Assembly (NCBI RefSeq): GCF_009914755.1
Contig: NC_060942.1
Length of the DNA: 64,000 nucleotides
Direction: 5' to 3' (one strand)
From: the human T2T-CHM13v2.0 reference genome, Homo sapiens
A program made the position numbers and the translations under genes. Below, piece after piece: positions 24,271 to 38,653 of the stretch (position 1 is the stretch's first letter; every line of letters starts with the position of its first letter). The notes beneath the pieces were generated by a model. That model had not been told where the DNA came from. It was given only the letters and a program-made list of their open reading frames with translations, and searched no databases.

Positions 24271-27200
24271 CCCTGAAAGAGGACTTGCTTTTGACTTGTG
24301 GTTGTGTGTACAGATTTTATTTTGTTTTAAAGGTGATGATGACGTGCAAAGAGGAAGAATCTCATTAGTTTATCTCCTGCATTCATTAGAGTTATTTATA
24401 TGTGTATTTTCCCTATTACCTTATGAGCTGTTTAAGTCCAGGAAACACTTTCTATTTTTACATATCACCCCAGAGCTTAGCTCATAGGTTTGTTTGATAG
24501 TATGGCTTTCCTTAAATTAAAAAACAGAAACAAGCCTTTTAAATAAAATTAAGCACAGCAATATAAAAACGCTTTCAATGTCAATAAGACACAGTACAAA
24601 TTCCTACAAATATATGTAGAGGAATTATTAGTATTTTTGCTAATTTAGAATATGAAACTCTTTAAAAAATACCCAGAATCCCTCTTTGAGATTCAGAACT
24701 AATTCCTAGAGTTAGATTTTCTCAACTGCTTTCCCTTACCTGCTAATTTCAGCTCTTGACCTTCAGTTCCTCTGAGCATGAAGATGTCCAAAGACTGAAT
24801 TTTCTAGTTCTGTAACTTCTGAAGTTCTCATTTCCAGAGATCATGAAGAACCCCTTCATTGCAGAGTCTATTGGCTATTTCAGTCTTTTTCCACCAGCTA
24901 TGAATAAACTAAAGACTGCACCTCTTTCTAACATCCCTCTCTGAGTTTTCCTTTTCATCCTTTCATGGGGAAGAAAGGAGGAAGAAGCTCTGGTGACAGG
25001 TAGATAGCATAAACCCCTGTGCATGACTTTTTCTAAATTGAATCTTTTCATGAAGATATTTTCACCTTCTCCCACTAGAAATTGCTTTAGATTCCTCCGT
25101 CCGATAGCTTCTCTTCCTAACATGTATATCTTTTCAAAAGATATTACATAAACACAACTGGTAATCCATTCTAATCTTTATCATCCATTTACTAGTGCAA
25201 CCCGGCAGGGGAAGGACAGTCTTAGGGAGCCCTTTCTTCTGGGCATGTGTTCATTCAAAGCACCTGTCAATATTGATGGGGAGAGAGGTTCTTTCAGAAG
25301 AATGGAACCAATTTTGAAAATCGTTGAGGGTAATCAGAGGGATGGTGTGGAGGTTAGAAATGGCTTTTTATGCCTGAAGGAGATGAGAAAATCTCCCAAG
25401 AGCTGTCAGGTGATGGATAATTTGAAATCCCTTGAAATTATTTATTGGAAACAGCTACTAAAAACTCAGCCACAGTTTTCAGCTTGACAAGATGGGGTTG
25501 TTTCATATTTTAAACATTCAAAGGAAACCGCAGGAAAGCTGTCATTAAGAGATCAGTGAATCAAGCCAATGAGTGAGATAATTGTTCACTAAAGAAGAGG
25601 AAGTTGAATTTTTAATGTCTCATCAGTGATAGAGGGATGAGGAGGGGATGTGTTGTTGGCTCACCCCTGAGTGAGCTGCTTGGTCAAAGCAGGACTTGAG
25701 ATAGAAAGCGGAAGAAAAGTATCTTTGGGAACCCACAAAAATTAATCCTGGATCACTCTTTTGGTGGTGGTGCCAGATAAAGCTGTGAGAATCTGTTGGT
25801 GTTTATTTTCCTGTTCCAATCAAAATGAAGAGCTATTTAGGAAGAGATTCCCTTAAAGTGGCTGCCTTGGAGAGACAACCAGTGTTGAAGACCAGTAATT
25901 GAGGGAGTTATGGTCGTTTGAGTGGAACTGGAGGCAATTCCGAGTGGCGAAATAATAGAACAAAGCACCAGCAGCAAACACCACCATGGAGAAGTAATAA
26001 TGGAAGACTGGAGAGCTGCTTATCCAATGCTACTCAGCCCTCTAAGAAAACCTTCCGTCCCTGTATCTGCTAAGACTTTTATGGCAGTGGAGTAGCATTA
26101 GGGTTTGAGGCAGCTTTTAAAGTAACAACCCTATTTTTCCCTATTTGCATTCAGAACCGCTGTAGAAGAGAACAGGAGTCTCTTCTAAAGAGATACAGAT
26201 TTCAGGCTTTAATCCAGGTTAATCTCTTTGGAGAATGTGCTTTATTCAAATGATAGAGGTTTGCTTATATTGTGTTCCAGAAGGAAACCTACTTGGCCTG
26301 AGGAGGAGTTGGAAGACTGCAGACCTGGCTTCCAGAGGCTGAGCCTTTAATGCTAAGCATACTTCAGGCCAGAGTAGACCAAAGCCGCCCAAAGAAGGCA
26401 GATTTCAAAAAGATGGCAGAGGTCTGACTGAGCTCTGTCCATTCCTGCTCAACAATCAGTGTAGTCATGGCATGAAGGGGGCACTGAGAGGCCAGAAGCA
26501 TTCCTCTGAGGGAGGTCACTACAGGCGGAAATGTGTAGTGGGGGCAGGGGATTGAGTCCCACCCCCCAAAGTAGTTCAGGCTATAAGGTCATACTACACG
26601 ATGTGTTATCTAGTAAAATCGTATGCTCTCCGGCTTTAGTCCATGAGTTTTAGAGCACCCATCACACAGTGCTAAGAAAATCATTGCGGATTGATTTCAT
26701 ATGTACTTTTAGTGAGAGAAATCCTTGAGGGCAGAAACATTTATAATGCAACTTTAGTTGCCAGTGAACTACATCACAGTGTGGGGTATAAGGTGGCCTT
26801 CCAGTGAACACATAGTGGGGCAGTCAGGGGCTCAGGTGCTGCAGGTGAGCAGTTTCATATTGCCAGTTCCATTTGCATTTAGAATTTGGACGTTGTTGCC
26901 AGACGAGCAAAGGGATTATGTAAGTACCTTTCTCCTGCTTTCTACCTGAAGTCAACAAATTTTCCTAAGTGTCTCAAGGGCTTCTGGGAGAAAAGATATT
27001 GGAGTTGATAGCTCATCTGGAACTTCAAAATTAAACATTTGGGGCAGCAACATGCTGGAAACAGTGGTCTTTGAGAGAAACTGAAGGCAAGGGGAAGTCT
27101 AGACTGTGTCCCGGTTTCAGTAGCAGAACTTTGGTTATGGACAGAGAGCACTAGTGACAAGCATATCATATAGTCAAGGCCCAAAGTCTAGTTTGGGGTG

Positions 27201-27469
27201 TGCCTTAAGTAAAATGTCTGTGTGCAAGTTGTGCTGGTCAAGAATACTAATTCTTGTGATGCCAGCACATTTGGTCCCTGACTGAGCAGTGATGATAGAA
27301 AGTCACCCTCATGCTTTGAAGAGCCATGAGCCCTAAGTAAATCAGTGGAGACCTTCAGGCCTGGGTGCCAGTGAGTGGGTAAGTCAGGAACACATCTCCG
27401 CGGCTGCCAGGGCACCAGCAGGTGACCCAATGAGAGGAAACAACTCTGGGCTGAGCCTCTCGCCTCTTA

Positions 27470-27720
27470 GAGACAGTGTGAAGCAGTAGCTAAAATGGCA
27501 GGATCTGAAGCCAAGATGCTTGGATTAATTTCCACCTCCTCTTTGACTTGTCCTCTGTGGCATGGATGTGGTCTCTCTTTGCAGTTTTGGCATTCGTGAA
27601 AGATGATGATACCTATTTCATGGGCTGTGTTGGGAGAATTACACGAGTTGCTATATAAAGTCTTAGCACATTTCTTGATATGTGGGCAGCACTATAGGAG
27701 TGTTAGGTATTGTTGTAACT
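27470..27720 (+). mobile_element. MIR
   Basis: cagtagctaaa...gatacctatttcatgggctgtgttgggagaatta...taaagtcttagcaca. Confidence 0.6.
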
Positions 27721-28465
27721 GTATCCATATTAGCACTTGTGAGGGTATAACTTAAACTCTTCCCATGAAGTAATGTGTTTCCTATCACTAAAGGTTGCAC
27801 CAAAGGCTGAGATGCATTTATTTGGGGAAGTTCTTACATGTTAGATAAGGGTTTATGTTCGATGATCTTGCCTGTACATCTTGTTAGCACCTGTAGCATG
27901 TGTTCATTATTGCTGCATAGTGTAAAGGTCCCTATGTCCACCGTGGATGAGCTTTTATCCCATTAACTGCTGATTGCTACCCTTGACACTCAAAGGACTG
28001 GACATCATGGTCTAACCTTCACCTACTTACATTATAGACTAGAGGGTAAGGATGGGGAAGTGCTTGAGGAGAAGGAAGAAGTTTCCATCCGTGCCAGCTT
28101 CTCCAGATTGCTAGTAGATTCAGGGTAGGTTAGGGCTCTAAGGAAGCTGGTGGCAGGTTAAGAGTAACATATTAGGGGGATACAAAAGATCTGAGTGTCT
28201 AGAGGGTCAGCGTTGGGAGATCCACCTGTTTTCTAGATGTGGTGGGGGTGAGGCATTATGCTCGTGGACTCATGGCAAAGACTGAGTTTAGAATTGCCTG
28301 GGAATGCAGGAAACTTCTGTTTGGCATTTCCCCCATACCCTGCTGCCTGTGTTCCACTTTGTTCCACAAAATTCCCAAGGATTATTGGACAACCATTCAT
28401 GAATGACCTCCTTTGAATAGCCACAGAAGGTTTTACCAGTGGTTCCTCTCTTCTTTTTAACAATT

Positions 28466-28482
28466 ATATATATATATGTGTG

Positions 28483-28538
<56 letters not shown>

Positions 28539-28578
28539 CATATATATGTGTGTGTATATATATACACATATATATAGT

Positions 28579-28614
<36 letters not shown>

Positions 28615-28617
28615 ACT
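28466..28617. repeat. Compound (TA)n/(TG)n microsatellite ending in a 42-bp perfect palindrome
   Basis: Direct read. Confidence 0.95.
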
Positions 28618-28653
28618 TTTGCCGTTGTATTTTTCATATATTCAATTGCCATT

Positions 28654-29461
28654 TGTATAGTAAAGAATGTAACCTTATCCGAGGGAGGTTTACCGAGCTT
28701 GTCCAACCCACCTTATTTTTCTTGTTGTTCTGTTTTGTTTTGTTTTAGGCTTTTGGCAGCCTAAAGCCATGGTTTTTAGTTTCTGTCTCTAGTGATAAGC
28801 AGAAAAGAGGGATGAGGAAGGGGCTTCACTGGCCCAATCAGAAACAGAAGCTAAGAACCCATGACTGTATTCTCTCCCTTGGACACCCCTGGCCTTTTTC
28901 CAATGGCTTTTCGGAAGTAATCTCTAAATCCTTGAAATGTTTTTATTTGCTCAAGAGCCTTGAGCCACACTAGGTAATCTAACAATGTGATTTAGGGTGA
29001 GGGCTTTGGATCATGTGGTATCAACGTGACTTTTTTTCTCATAGGGACTAGAAACAGATCTGGCAGGTGGATATGCAATCATTCCTATGTGATGAAGCTC
29101 CAGTAAAATCTCTGGACACCAGCACAGGTAAGCTGCTGTGATTGGTAACACTCCACATATATTGTCACATATAAATTTTGGGAAATGTAGTGCTGTCCAT
29201 GATTCCATTGGCAGATGACATTTGGGAGCTTTGTGCTTGAAAGTTTCCTGGACTTTGCCTCATGTGTCTTTTCCCTTGACTGACATATCTGTATTTTCAG
29301 TGTAAGAAACCATAACTCTAAGTGTTAACAGCTTTCAGTAAGTTCTATGAATCCTTCTAGCAAATTATTGAACACCAGTGTGGCTTTGGGGGCCCCTAAA
29401 CTCGCTATTTGTATTAGAAGTGAAGATGGTCTTGTGAATGCCTCCCTCTAGCTTTGCACCA
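28654..29461 (+). mobile_element. MER21-like LTR
   Basis: tgtatagtaaagaat...gtaatctctaaatccttg...gtgattggtaacactcc...ctagcaaattattgaac. Confidence 0.7.
28694..28891 (-). mobile_element. MER107-like hAT-Charlie MITE nested in the MER21-like LTR
   Basis: agcttgtccaac...gaagctaagaacccatgactgtattctctcccttggacacccctg. Confidence 0.7.
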
Positions 29462-29921
29462 TCAAGATTTTGGCCAAAGAATATTTCATTTTTATTTAGA
29501 GGTACATATGCTTCTACTGCAGTCACCTTATAATCTCTTAGTGTAAAAAAATAATTCCAACTTTGAAGAAGCAGGGCAGGCCCTCCTTGCTTACACCTTC
29601 TAGAATGTGCCCAGAGGTTATATTCTATCCCGTTCAGTTTTATGAAAAACATATACACACTTAGGTTGAAGGTCTTTTTAATTTTACCAAATGAATTATA
29701 GCAAAGTCCTCACCTCCAAAGAACTTTCAGTTATATTTAGGATAGAAGGTGAATACCACCTGAGATTAATAAATTCTAGCCATTCTGGGGAGTTAGAGAA
29801 GAAGAGAAAGGAGATTACAATACATTCAAAGGTTCAGCATTAGAAACATTGTATCTGAGTCTTGAAAGTATAGGAATTATTACCATTTTACACATTGAAG
29901 TAGAAATTATATGCATTTATA

Positions 29922-30214
29922 AAATCATCATTCTCAGTAAACTATCGCAAGAACAGAAAACCAAACACCGCATATTCTCACTCATAGGTGGGAATTGAAC
30001 AATGAGAACACATGGACACAGGAAGGGGAACATCACACTCTGGGGACTGTTGTGGGGTGGGGGGAGGTGGGAGGGATAGCATTGGGAGATATACCTAATG
30101 CTAGATGACGAGTTAGTGGGTGCAGCGCACCAGCATGGCACATGTATACATATGTAACTAACCTGCACATTGTGCACATGTACCCTAAAACTTAAAGTAT
30201 AATAATAATAATAA
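29922..30214 (+). mobile_element. Young 5'-truncated L1PA (L1PA2/3-like) 3' end
   Basis: Close match to the young L1 3'UTR with CpGs retained (gatgacgagttagtgggtgcagcgcaccagc); A/AAT tail; TSD aaaatcat at 29921-29928 and 30215-30222. Confidence 0.93.
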
Positions 30215-32556
30215 AAAATCATAGACTAGGAAAACCAGAAGGAAATCTAGGAGTCATCCAACTCAGTGGTTTCCAGAGGTTTTCTGTAGACATGAGTCAG
30301 GTTTTCCCTGAAGGGTTCGTGGAAGAATGGAAGCTTCCAAATGGAAGTATCATTGAGAAGAGTTCATGTTGCTCCTCCTGGCTTCATTAGGAGGCCTCTA
30401 GTTTTTTTTAAGGGTCTATTTTATAAAAGACTTCATTTTTAGAAACAATTTCACTGTTCAACCACCCCAACCAGATATACAGATCTAGCAATCCCTTTAT
30501 CTTACAGACTTGGTAAGTAACATGGGACCAGTGAAGAGTTTTGGAAGGGGAGTGATGTTTTCAGGGCTGTACCTTTAGGGGATCTATCAGTGCTACACAT
30601 AATCAGTTACTAGGGGCGGTGGGGGGCAGCACATTTGACAGCCACTGAGGACTGAGTTAGGGCAGTGAATGGAGAGATGGGGATAAATGTGAAAGACATC
30701 ATAGAAGTAAGAAGGACTTGTTGGCTGTAGCAGCCAGAGAATGGAGAACAAAGATCTCTCTGAGGTATTTGGATGCCTTTATATACGGACATGGGTAAAA
30801 CAAGAGTCTGCTCTTCAAGGGAAATGACGTGGTTAGTTCTATACAGGTAGAGAGTAAGGTGCTAAAAATACCAGTAGGTAAATAGAATTGTGGAATCAAA
30901 GAGTTATATACTTAAGTGTACTCCAGACTCCATTAGGAAGACAAATGTAGTTAACGAAATGAGAGAAGTTCTACCCAGGAGTCAGGCACTTTAAATTACC
31001 TCAATAAATGCCTGAAAGAAGTCTTTTAAATGCATTTGAGTTGTATTACACATGAAAGATGACTTATTGACACAGATACATTAAAAATATCATGTTGCTT
31101 TAATAGAAATGTTAATACTTTTGGCTTTTTCTTAACTGGGAGATATTAGCCTTAAAATATTGTTTTGATCCCAATTCCCTGATCAGAACCTTTAGTGGCC
31201 ATTTTCAGAGCTGCCCAAATTAGAGAAGCCTCTTTTCCTAGATCAGATTTCATTGCAATTATTTCAACTGCAAATGTTTATAAGAAACCAAGAAACCAGG
31301 AAACCAAGCACAAAGACTGGTCAAAAGTGTTCCAGGTTCCCCTACTTTAGATAAAATGTAAAAGGTAACAATATCAAAATACCATTCACAATTCTCCTGA
31401 TTTCCCTCTGGGAGTATAATTCTTCAGTTCTTAGAGGGGTCCTAAGTCCATTTCTCCAGACCTCAGCTCCCCATTTCACTCTCCCTCCTCTCCAGCCAAG
31501 AAGGTTCATTTGCTCCTGGAATGAGAGGCTGTGCTAAGAGAGATGATTTCCCATAGCCTCTGTATGAATACCAGGCAACTACATACACTAGAAGGGGTTG
31601 TTGAATTCCCTGAAACAAAAGAAAATTTACTACAACCTGTACCCAAGGTAAAAACAAAAACAAAAGCACACAACAACAAAAACCTATTCATACCTTTTTT
31701 GGGGGGTGGGATGGGGGGAAGAGGGTGAAAATCCCAAATCTCCAAAACACATAACAAAAAGATCCTTCACGTATCAAAAAGCCTTTGCCTGTGCTGTTCA
31801 TCCTTCCCCAGGGTAGATATGCTGGTATCGTACAAGAAAAGGAATGGCGACCTCCTACTACCTTGTTTAAATTCTATCTGATCTTACTAAGTTATCCAGT
31901 AACTTTAAAATAAATCTGAGACTCTTTAGTTTGTAAGAGCCAAATAATATATTTTAAATTTTTAGCCATTGTGTTTCCCCATCACAATCCCCTATTAGCT
32001 CACTCCAACCTCTGGGACCTTTTTGTGGCTTTAGGGAAAAAGAGTCTGAAAAAGGAACAAAGGCATTGATGCTCAGCCTCAGCATGTCATAGCAGGTTCC
32101 TTAAATGTGCTACAAAGAGAACAGATGTGAAGGGCAAGGTTTCTGAACTGCAAGAGCCAGACTTCTGAGCATCAAAAGCTAGACTTGGAGAGTCTCAGAG
32201 CATAATGTTTTATCATTAAGAAATACATGAAGTGTGAATTGCCAACCTGCCTTAATCCAGTTTTAAATACAAATGTAAAAGCATACATGTTAAGATTAAG
32301 AGGCATTATAAGATCTGAGAACAGGAGTCATCAGAGGGCAAGGCCTTATAAAGACATTTCTGGAGATTAGCTCGGCACTGAAGAACCTGGTAGGACTCCC
32401 AGCAGCAGAGGCTCATGGACTTTTTTTCTTACATCTTTTTGTCTTCGTTGGTATAGAGGCTGTACAAAACAATTAAACGGGAAAAATGAGCAAGTCACAC
32501 TTAGTAATCAAAAAACACTCATCAGGAGCTCTCATATAATATTACATAATACCTCA

Positions 32557-32965
<409 letters not shown>

Positions 32966-34586
32966 CTAGAAGGCTCAATTTCCAAGCCATGTAATTGCAA
33001 TCTTTAAGAATATTTTGATTCTTTGCCTATGGTGCCTGATTTTACTAAACTCTTCTCTCCTGGGCCTCCAAAATACCCAATACATATGAGAATATAGTCA
33101 GAGACCCTGGGTCTCTTAAGGGTCAAGAGAGGCCCAGCATTTTCAGCTTTGAGATTTAGTGTATTATAAATGAGGAAATGCTAAAGAAGTTTATCTTAAA
33201 CTGGTAGGTTTAGAATATTAACATTCACCACAATGAAACTTTTATCACTTAAAAGAATACAGCACAATAAAATTGTTCCACTTACACAGTGTTTCAATTT
33301 ATATAATTTCATATTCTACTCTAAGTGGTTTGATTGTGAAATTAAAAATATAAAACATATCTCTTTAAACCCTGTAAACATATATCTGAAATCAACAACT
33401 TTATTTGGAAAGAGCTTCAAAAGTCTATGTTAGAATTGTTTATGACTCTGAGGCTGGCACCATATGAATTTTGCATTGGTACCATTGATGGGCTCTGCTC
33501 TTTCAACTTTGAGATTTCATGAGTAGCACTACCTTCATCTGCCTCCAGTCACTTAGGAATATATTTGATAACAAATAACAATGCCAGTAGTCTCACTGTT
33601 TTTTATAAAGGAACAGATTTCTGGAGGTTCTTACTCCATCATTCAAGAAGTCTGATTTTCTGACAATGTGGCCTTTAATGGAAGGCTCTTCTCATCATCA
33701 ACCTATTAGTAGACACACAACAAAGTTATGGCAAATGGTACTAAAAAAGTAGTTTGCTGGGATGTCCTGAAAAAGAGTTCCCACCATAAAGAAAAAAAAC
33801 AGGAAAATGTTTCCCCCATGCCACTACACAACTCCTGATATTGAAAACAGCTTTTCATGAGTACAATGCTTACAACTATTATAATCCTCTTGTAACTCTC
33901 TATGATCAACAGAGACCTCATCCAGTCTCCTGACTTCTCTGCAAATCTGACATTGGAAATGACCTAATTCCAGCAGAAGTTCTTGTGGTAGCATTCATAG
34001 ATGTCAATAGCTAGGCCTTATTAGAAAAGGGATTGAGGGAGATGTGAGATTTCCCTTCTTGTAAATGCTGTCCAGGTTTCCCCCGAAAGAGGCAAAACGA
34101 ACGCTACCAAATGGTAGACTTTCCTTGGTCTAGATTGAGATAAATTTTAGAGGTCACTATGAGACAGGACACTGTGGCATAGTATCAAACACTAGAATGA
34201 TCAGAAACAAGAACTAGAACCTATCCTTGTTCTACCATTGATAGATTTCTATATCTTAGGTAAATCCTTTTTTTTTCTCTGAGATTTTCATCTTTCCTTG
34301 TAAACTTAGGAGCTTGGAATAGTCACTCTCTAGGTTACCTTTAACTCCAAGAGTCAGTTGTCTCATCCTAGTCTGCTTGGTTCTGTGTCAATTAAAGCAT
34401 CAAACAAAATGTAACTCAGATTTTAAGACACAACTACCTAGAATTATTGAAATATTTGTTTATTTGTTGTTTATTGATGAATCCTTCCATCCATATATTC
34501 ATTTTTAATGTATGAGAGCCCTCAGGGAAGATGGTTATTTTTTATTAGGATAATTTCACTGTGATTCTTCAGTTAGGTAGTGCTGT

Positions 34587-35466
34587 TGTAACTGAACGCA
34601 GGTTTAGATGCTCACTACTTGCAAAGTCAAATAACAAGGATGAGATTCAGTAGGAAGAAAGAGACTTTATTTTCCAAAGCTAGCAAGGGGTAAATGGTTC
34701 AGATTCCTGCCTTAATGGAGCAACTTCAAATTTTGGGCAGAAATCAAGGGTTTAAAAGGGGAAGTTTGGCATGAGGGGTATGCAGAGGGCAGGGGCGGTG
34801 AGGCAGTGCAGGTCTACACGACTTGTTCTGATGACTAATCGTGAGTTATTGCCTATCTGGTGAATGGGCTGGTGCCACTGCAGGCACAAGCAGGTTGTAA
34901 GTTAACTGCAGCCTTGAAGTAATCTAGTGGGGAAGAATTTCATAGGCACCTGGATCATTTCAAGATTCAGTCTCTGAAACTTCTAAGCAAACATGTAGTT
35001 AGAAAAGCTAGCAGCTCAAGGGGTAACTGGTGGAAAAAGAGCAGAGGTTATAATCACATTCCTAAGGTACTAAGTAAGGAGTCAGCACACATGAAAAACA
35101 AGAAAAGGAGAAAGGGATTTGTTTGTTTGTTTGTTAGTTTGTTTTGAGACAGAGTCTTGCTCTGTCACCCAGGGTAGAGTACAGTGGCATGATCTCGCTC
35201 ACTGCAACCTCTGCCTCCCAGGTTCAAGTGATTCTCTTGCCTCAGCCTCCTGAGTAGCTGGGACTACAGGCACATACCACCACACCCAGCTAATTTTTGT
35301 ATTTTTAGTAGAGATGGGGTTTTGCCATGTTGGGCAGGCTGGTCTCGAACTCCTGACTTCCGGTGATCTGCCTGCCTCAACCTCCCAAAGTGCTGGGATT
35401 ACAAGTGTAAGCCACCATGCCCAGCCGGGAAAAGCTGTTTTTAAGAAGACAGGGTACTTGGTTATA
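34587..35466 (-). mobile_element. Solo ERV1-class LTR interrupted by an Alu
   Basis: tgtaactgaacgcagg...gactttattttcc (antisense polyA signal region)...gggtacttggttata; flanks ctgt/ctat. Confidence 0.6.
35118..35426 (-). mobile_element. AluS (Sx-like) with (GTTT)n tail
   Basis: Full dimeric Alu with ctcactgcaacctctgcctcc and ttttgtatttttagtagagatgggg. Confidence 0.95.
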
Positions 35467-36154
35467 CTATTCCAACCTGGATATCCTTGTACTTGGCTTT
35501 CAGAGTAATTAAACATTCCATTTACCCTTGATATGTTAAATATCTGAAAATGATATAATTCTTTGTAAGTAGATGGTATAGAATTGAATAGGAACAATTA
35601 TTAGAGAAATGCAGTGAAAATGTAGGGAACCACTGGATGAGGAATGATAGTAAAAGAGAATGGTAATCTCAGCAATTTTTGAGTATCATCATTTCGTCCA
35701 CTGGAGATAATATGTTTTAAAAGGATGTAAGCATTTGCATTATTCTCTATTTTCACAGATGTTACTATTAATATTGCTCTGTGTGTGTGTGTGTGTATGT
35801 GTATGAGAGAGCGATCCCTTGAGTAAGTACAACCACATTAGGGCTCTTCAGTTGTTAGGCAGTTCTTCCATTCAGATATAATGTAGATTTTGGAGAAGCT
35901 TGTTTAGGATTTTGCCTGTTAGTCATAACTCCCTACATAAGGAGAAATAGGGTAAACTGTTCATTTTAATGATTTTTAGCTCTCTGTTCTAGGACATATT
36001 CAGCAGTTCTTCAAATTAGCTGTCATAATAAAATATATTTTACTTTGGGGACAATTAGCACCATCTTGTCAAGACAGATTTATCTTTGCAACTCACCTGC
36101 ATGGATGTTCAGGGATCACAAAACAACAGGATGAGCCATATTTTGTAGAGCCGT

Positions 36155-36533
36155 TGAATTAGTCCGTTCTCACGCTGCTGATAAAGACATGCCTGAGACT
36201 GGGTAAATTATAAAGGAAAGAGGTTTAATTAACTCACAGTTCAGTATGGCTGGGGAGGCCTCAGGAAACTTACAATCATGGCAGAGGGGGAAGCAAACAC
36301 GTCTTTCTGCACATGGTGACAGTAAGGAGAAGTGCTGAGCAAAAGGGCGAAAAGTCCCTTATAAAACTATCAGACCTTGTGAGAACTCACTCGCTATCAC
36401 AAGAACAGCAGCACTGGGTTAACCAGCCCCATGATTCAATTACTTCCCACTGAGTCCCTCCCATGACACATGGGGATTATTGGAACTACAATTCAAGACG
36501 AGATTTGGGTGGGGACACAGCCAAACTATATCA
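36155..36533 (-). mobile_element. THE1 (C/D-like) solo LTR
   Basis: ttagtccgttctcacgctgct...ggggaggcctcaggaaacttacaatcatggcaga...gggtggggacacagccaaactatatca. Confidence 0.92.
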
Positions 36534-38015
36534 GCTATGTTCTGAAATCTTGCTGGATGTCGCCCTGCTTCTTCCAACCTTGGTGCTGGCTAGCCAGAGA
36601 GTGTGGTGGCCCTGTATGAGTGACTTTCTTTGACAAGTGCTGTTTATTGTCATTCTGGATACGAGACTATGTCTTAACATGTTGTGTGGGAGCTGAAAGA
36701 CAGACTGTGCATGGACATTGATTGGTGAGAGCTCTTCTTGGGTGTTTGGACAGCCTCAGGATTTAGGGCCTGAACCCTTGGCAAAATGAATAATAGCCTT
36801 GCAATATAATAAGATCAGAATCTCTCTGTATGCCCCATGTTTTCTCATCTTTTACTAATGAGGAAGGTACATGCCAAGCTTTTGACAGGGAAAAGCTAGA
36901 GGAAAATAAAGGGAAAAACAAATGCCCAACACTAATAATTCCCCTGTGTCAGTCAAGGCTGTTTAATGCTGTTGTTTACATAAATTTCATTTCCTGAAGT
37001 CAGTGGTTTTAATTTAACTTATTGAAATGCCCCATTGGCCCCAGGGTATGCCATAGTAAAAGGGGTGTCATAAATCTGGAGTTTGCAGTGAGAATGGCTT
37101 TTGTGCACAGCCTTCTGCCTCTCATGTTTCAATCTCAGTGTGGGCAGGGAAGAAAGTTCAGATCTTCAGCAAAAATGAAAACTCCCAATGCCTTTGTTGT
37201 TGTTGTTATTGTTGGAGGTGAGAAGGTCAACTTACGGAAGACCTATTTTCATATACCAGATATTTGTGCTGTCTACATTTTGTTCTCCCTTTATTTAAAA
37301 CCCAAAACAGATCATCTGAAGCACACTGTCCAGCTGTTAGATAGAAAATATTTATATCTTGATATAATTTCTTATGGCATTTTAAACTTCATCATTTTAA
37401 CAGTACCTTTAAATATTTATTGGCAAAGAGGCAGTGTTTTCTTTAACTTCCTCTTGGAGAATCTGGGAACTCTTAAGCCATTATTTATGACCTTCATTTG
37501 AATATGATCTCCTTCAAGAGTGTGGCACTTTAAAACTGAAATTTGGCTGTTTCTGCAGGGATATGGTAAAATATATAGCTAGAAAAGTATTGAGTTATTT
37601 TAAAGGAAAAAAGATTGCTTAATGAGTATTATAGATGATGTTTAGGGATTATGATTCATAGGAGGCTTGATCTTTTCCTCACCCTTTAACTGCCTTCAAA
37701 ATTTCTCCTTCAGTTCTGATTAAATATGATGGATCAAACACGAGCATTTATCTCCTTGTCCTCTGAGAATCTAACTAAAATAGTTAAGGGATTAAAAAAA
37801 CAGATTGAAACCTTGAAGGACAAAGAACATGAGCAAAGACAAAAGCATAAAAAATATTGGAAACAGGAGCTTCTGGACATGGGGCAAGTGATTTAGCAGA
37901 CCTTAGAAAGGGGGCTGTAAGCAAGCAGGGGGAGAAGCTGAGATTTTGATTTGTATTGCAGGCCCCTTTAAGGCACAGAAATTGGTACCATCAGGTACAT
38001 TTGAAAGTGAGGATA

Positions 38016-38258
38016 TTCTCATTGTTCAATTCCCACCTATGACTGAGAACATATGGACACAGGAAGGGGAACATCACACACTGGGGCATGTTGTGGGGTG
38101 GGGGGATGGGGGAGGGATAGCATTAGGAGATATACCTAATGTTAAATGAAGAGTTACTGGGTGCAGCACACCAACATGGCACATGTATACATATGTAACA
38201 AACCTGCACGTTGTGCACATGTACCCTAAAACTTAAAGTATAATAATAATAAAAAAAA
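38016..38258 (+). mobile_element. Truncated L1PA (PA4/5-like) with 27-bp 5' inversion
   Basis: L1 3'UTR at 38044-38258; 38016-38042 is antisense L1; TSD gaaagtgaggata (38003-38015) and gaaagtgaaggta (38259-38271). Confidence 0.92.
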
Positions 38259-38295
38259 GAAAGTGAAGGTAATGGTGGGGTTGAAAACAGGATAG

Positions 38296-38653
<358 letters not shown>

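Noticed and set aside
35199-35597. ORFs with Alu-like peptides (also 38308-38637, 50457-50735, 62405-62698)
   Set aside because: These are translations of Alu elements, not genes.
37022-37501. 159-aa plus-strand ORF
   Set aside because: Starts at TTG, shows no homology I can recognise, and has a composition typical of AT-rich non-coding DNA.
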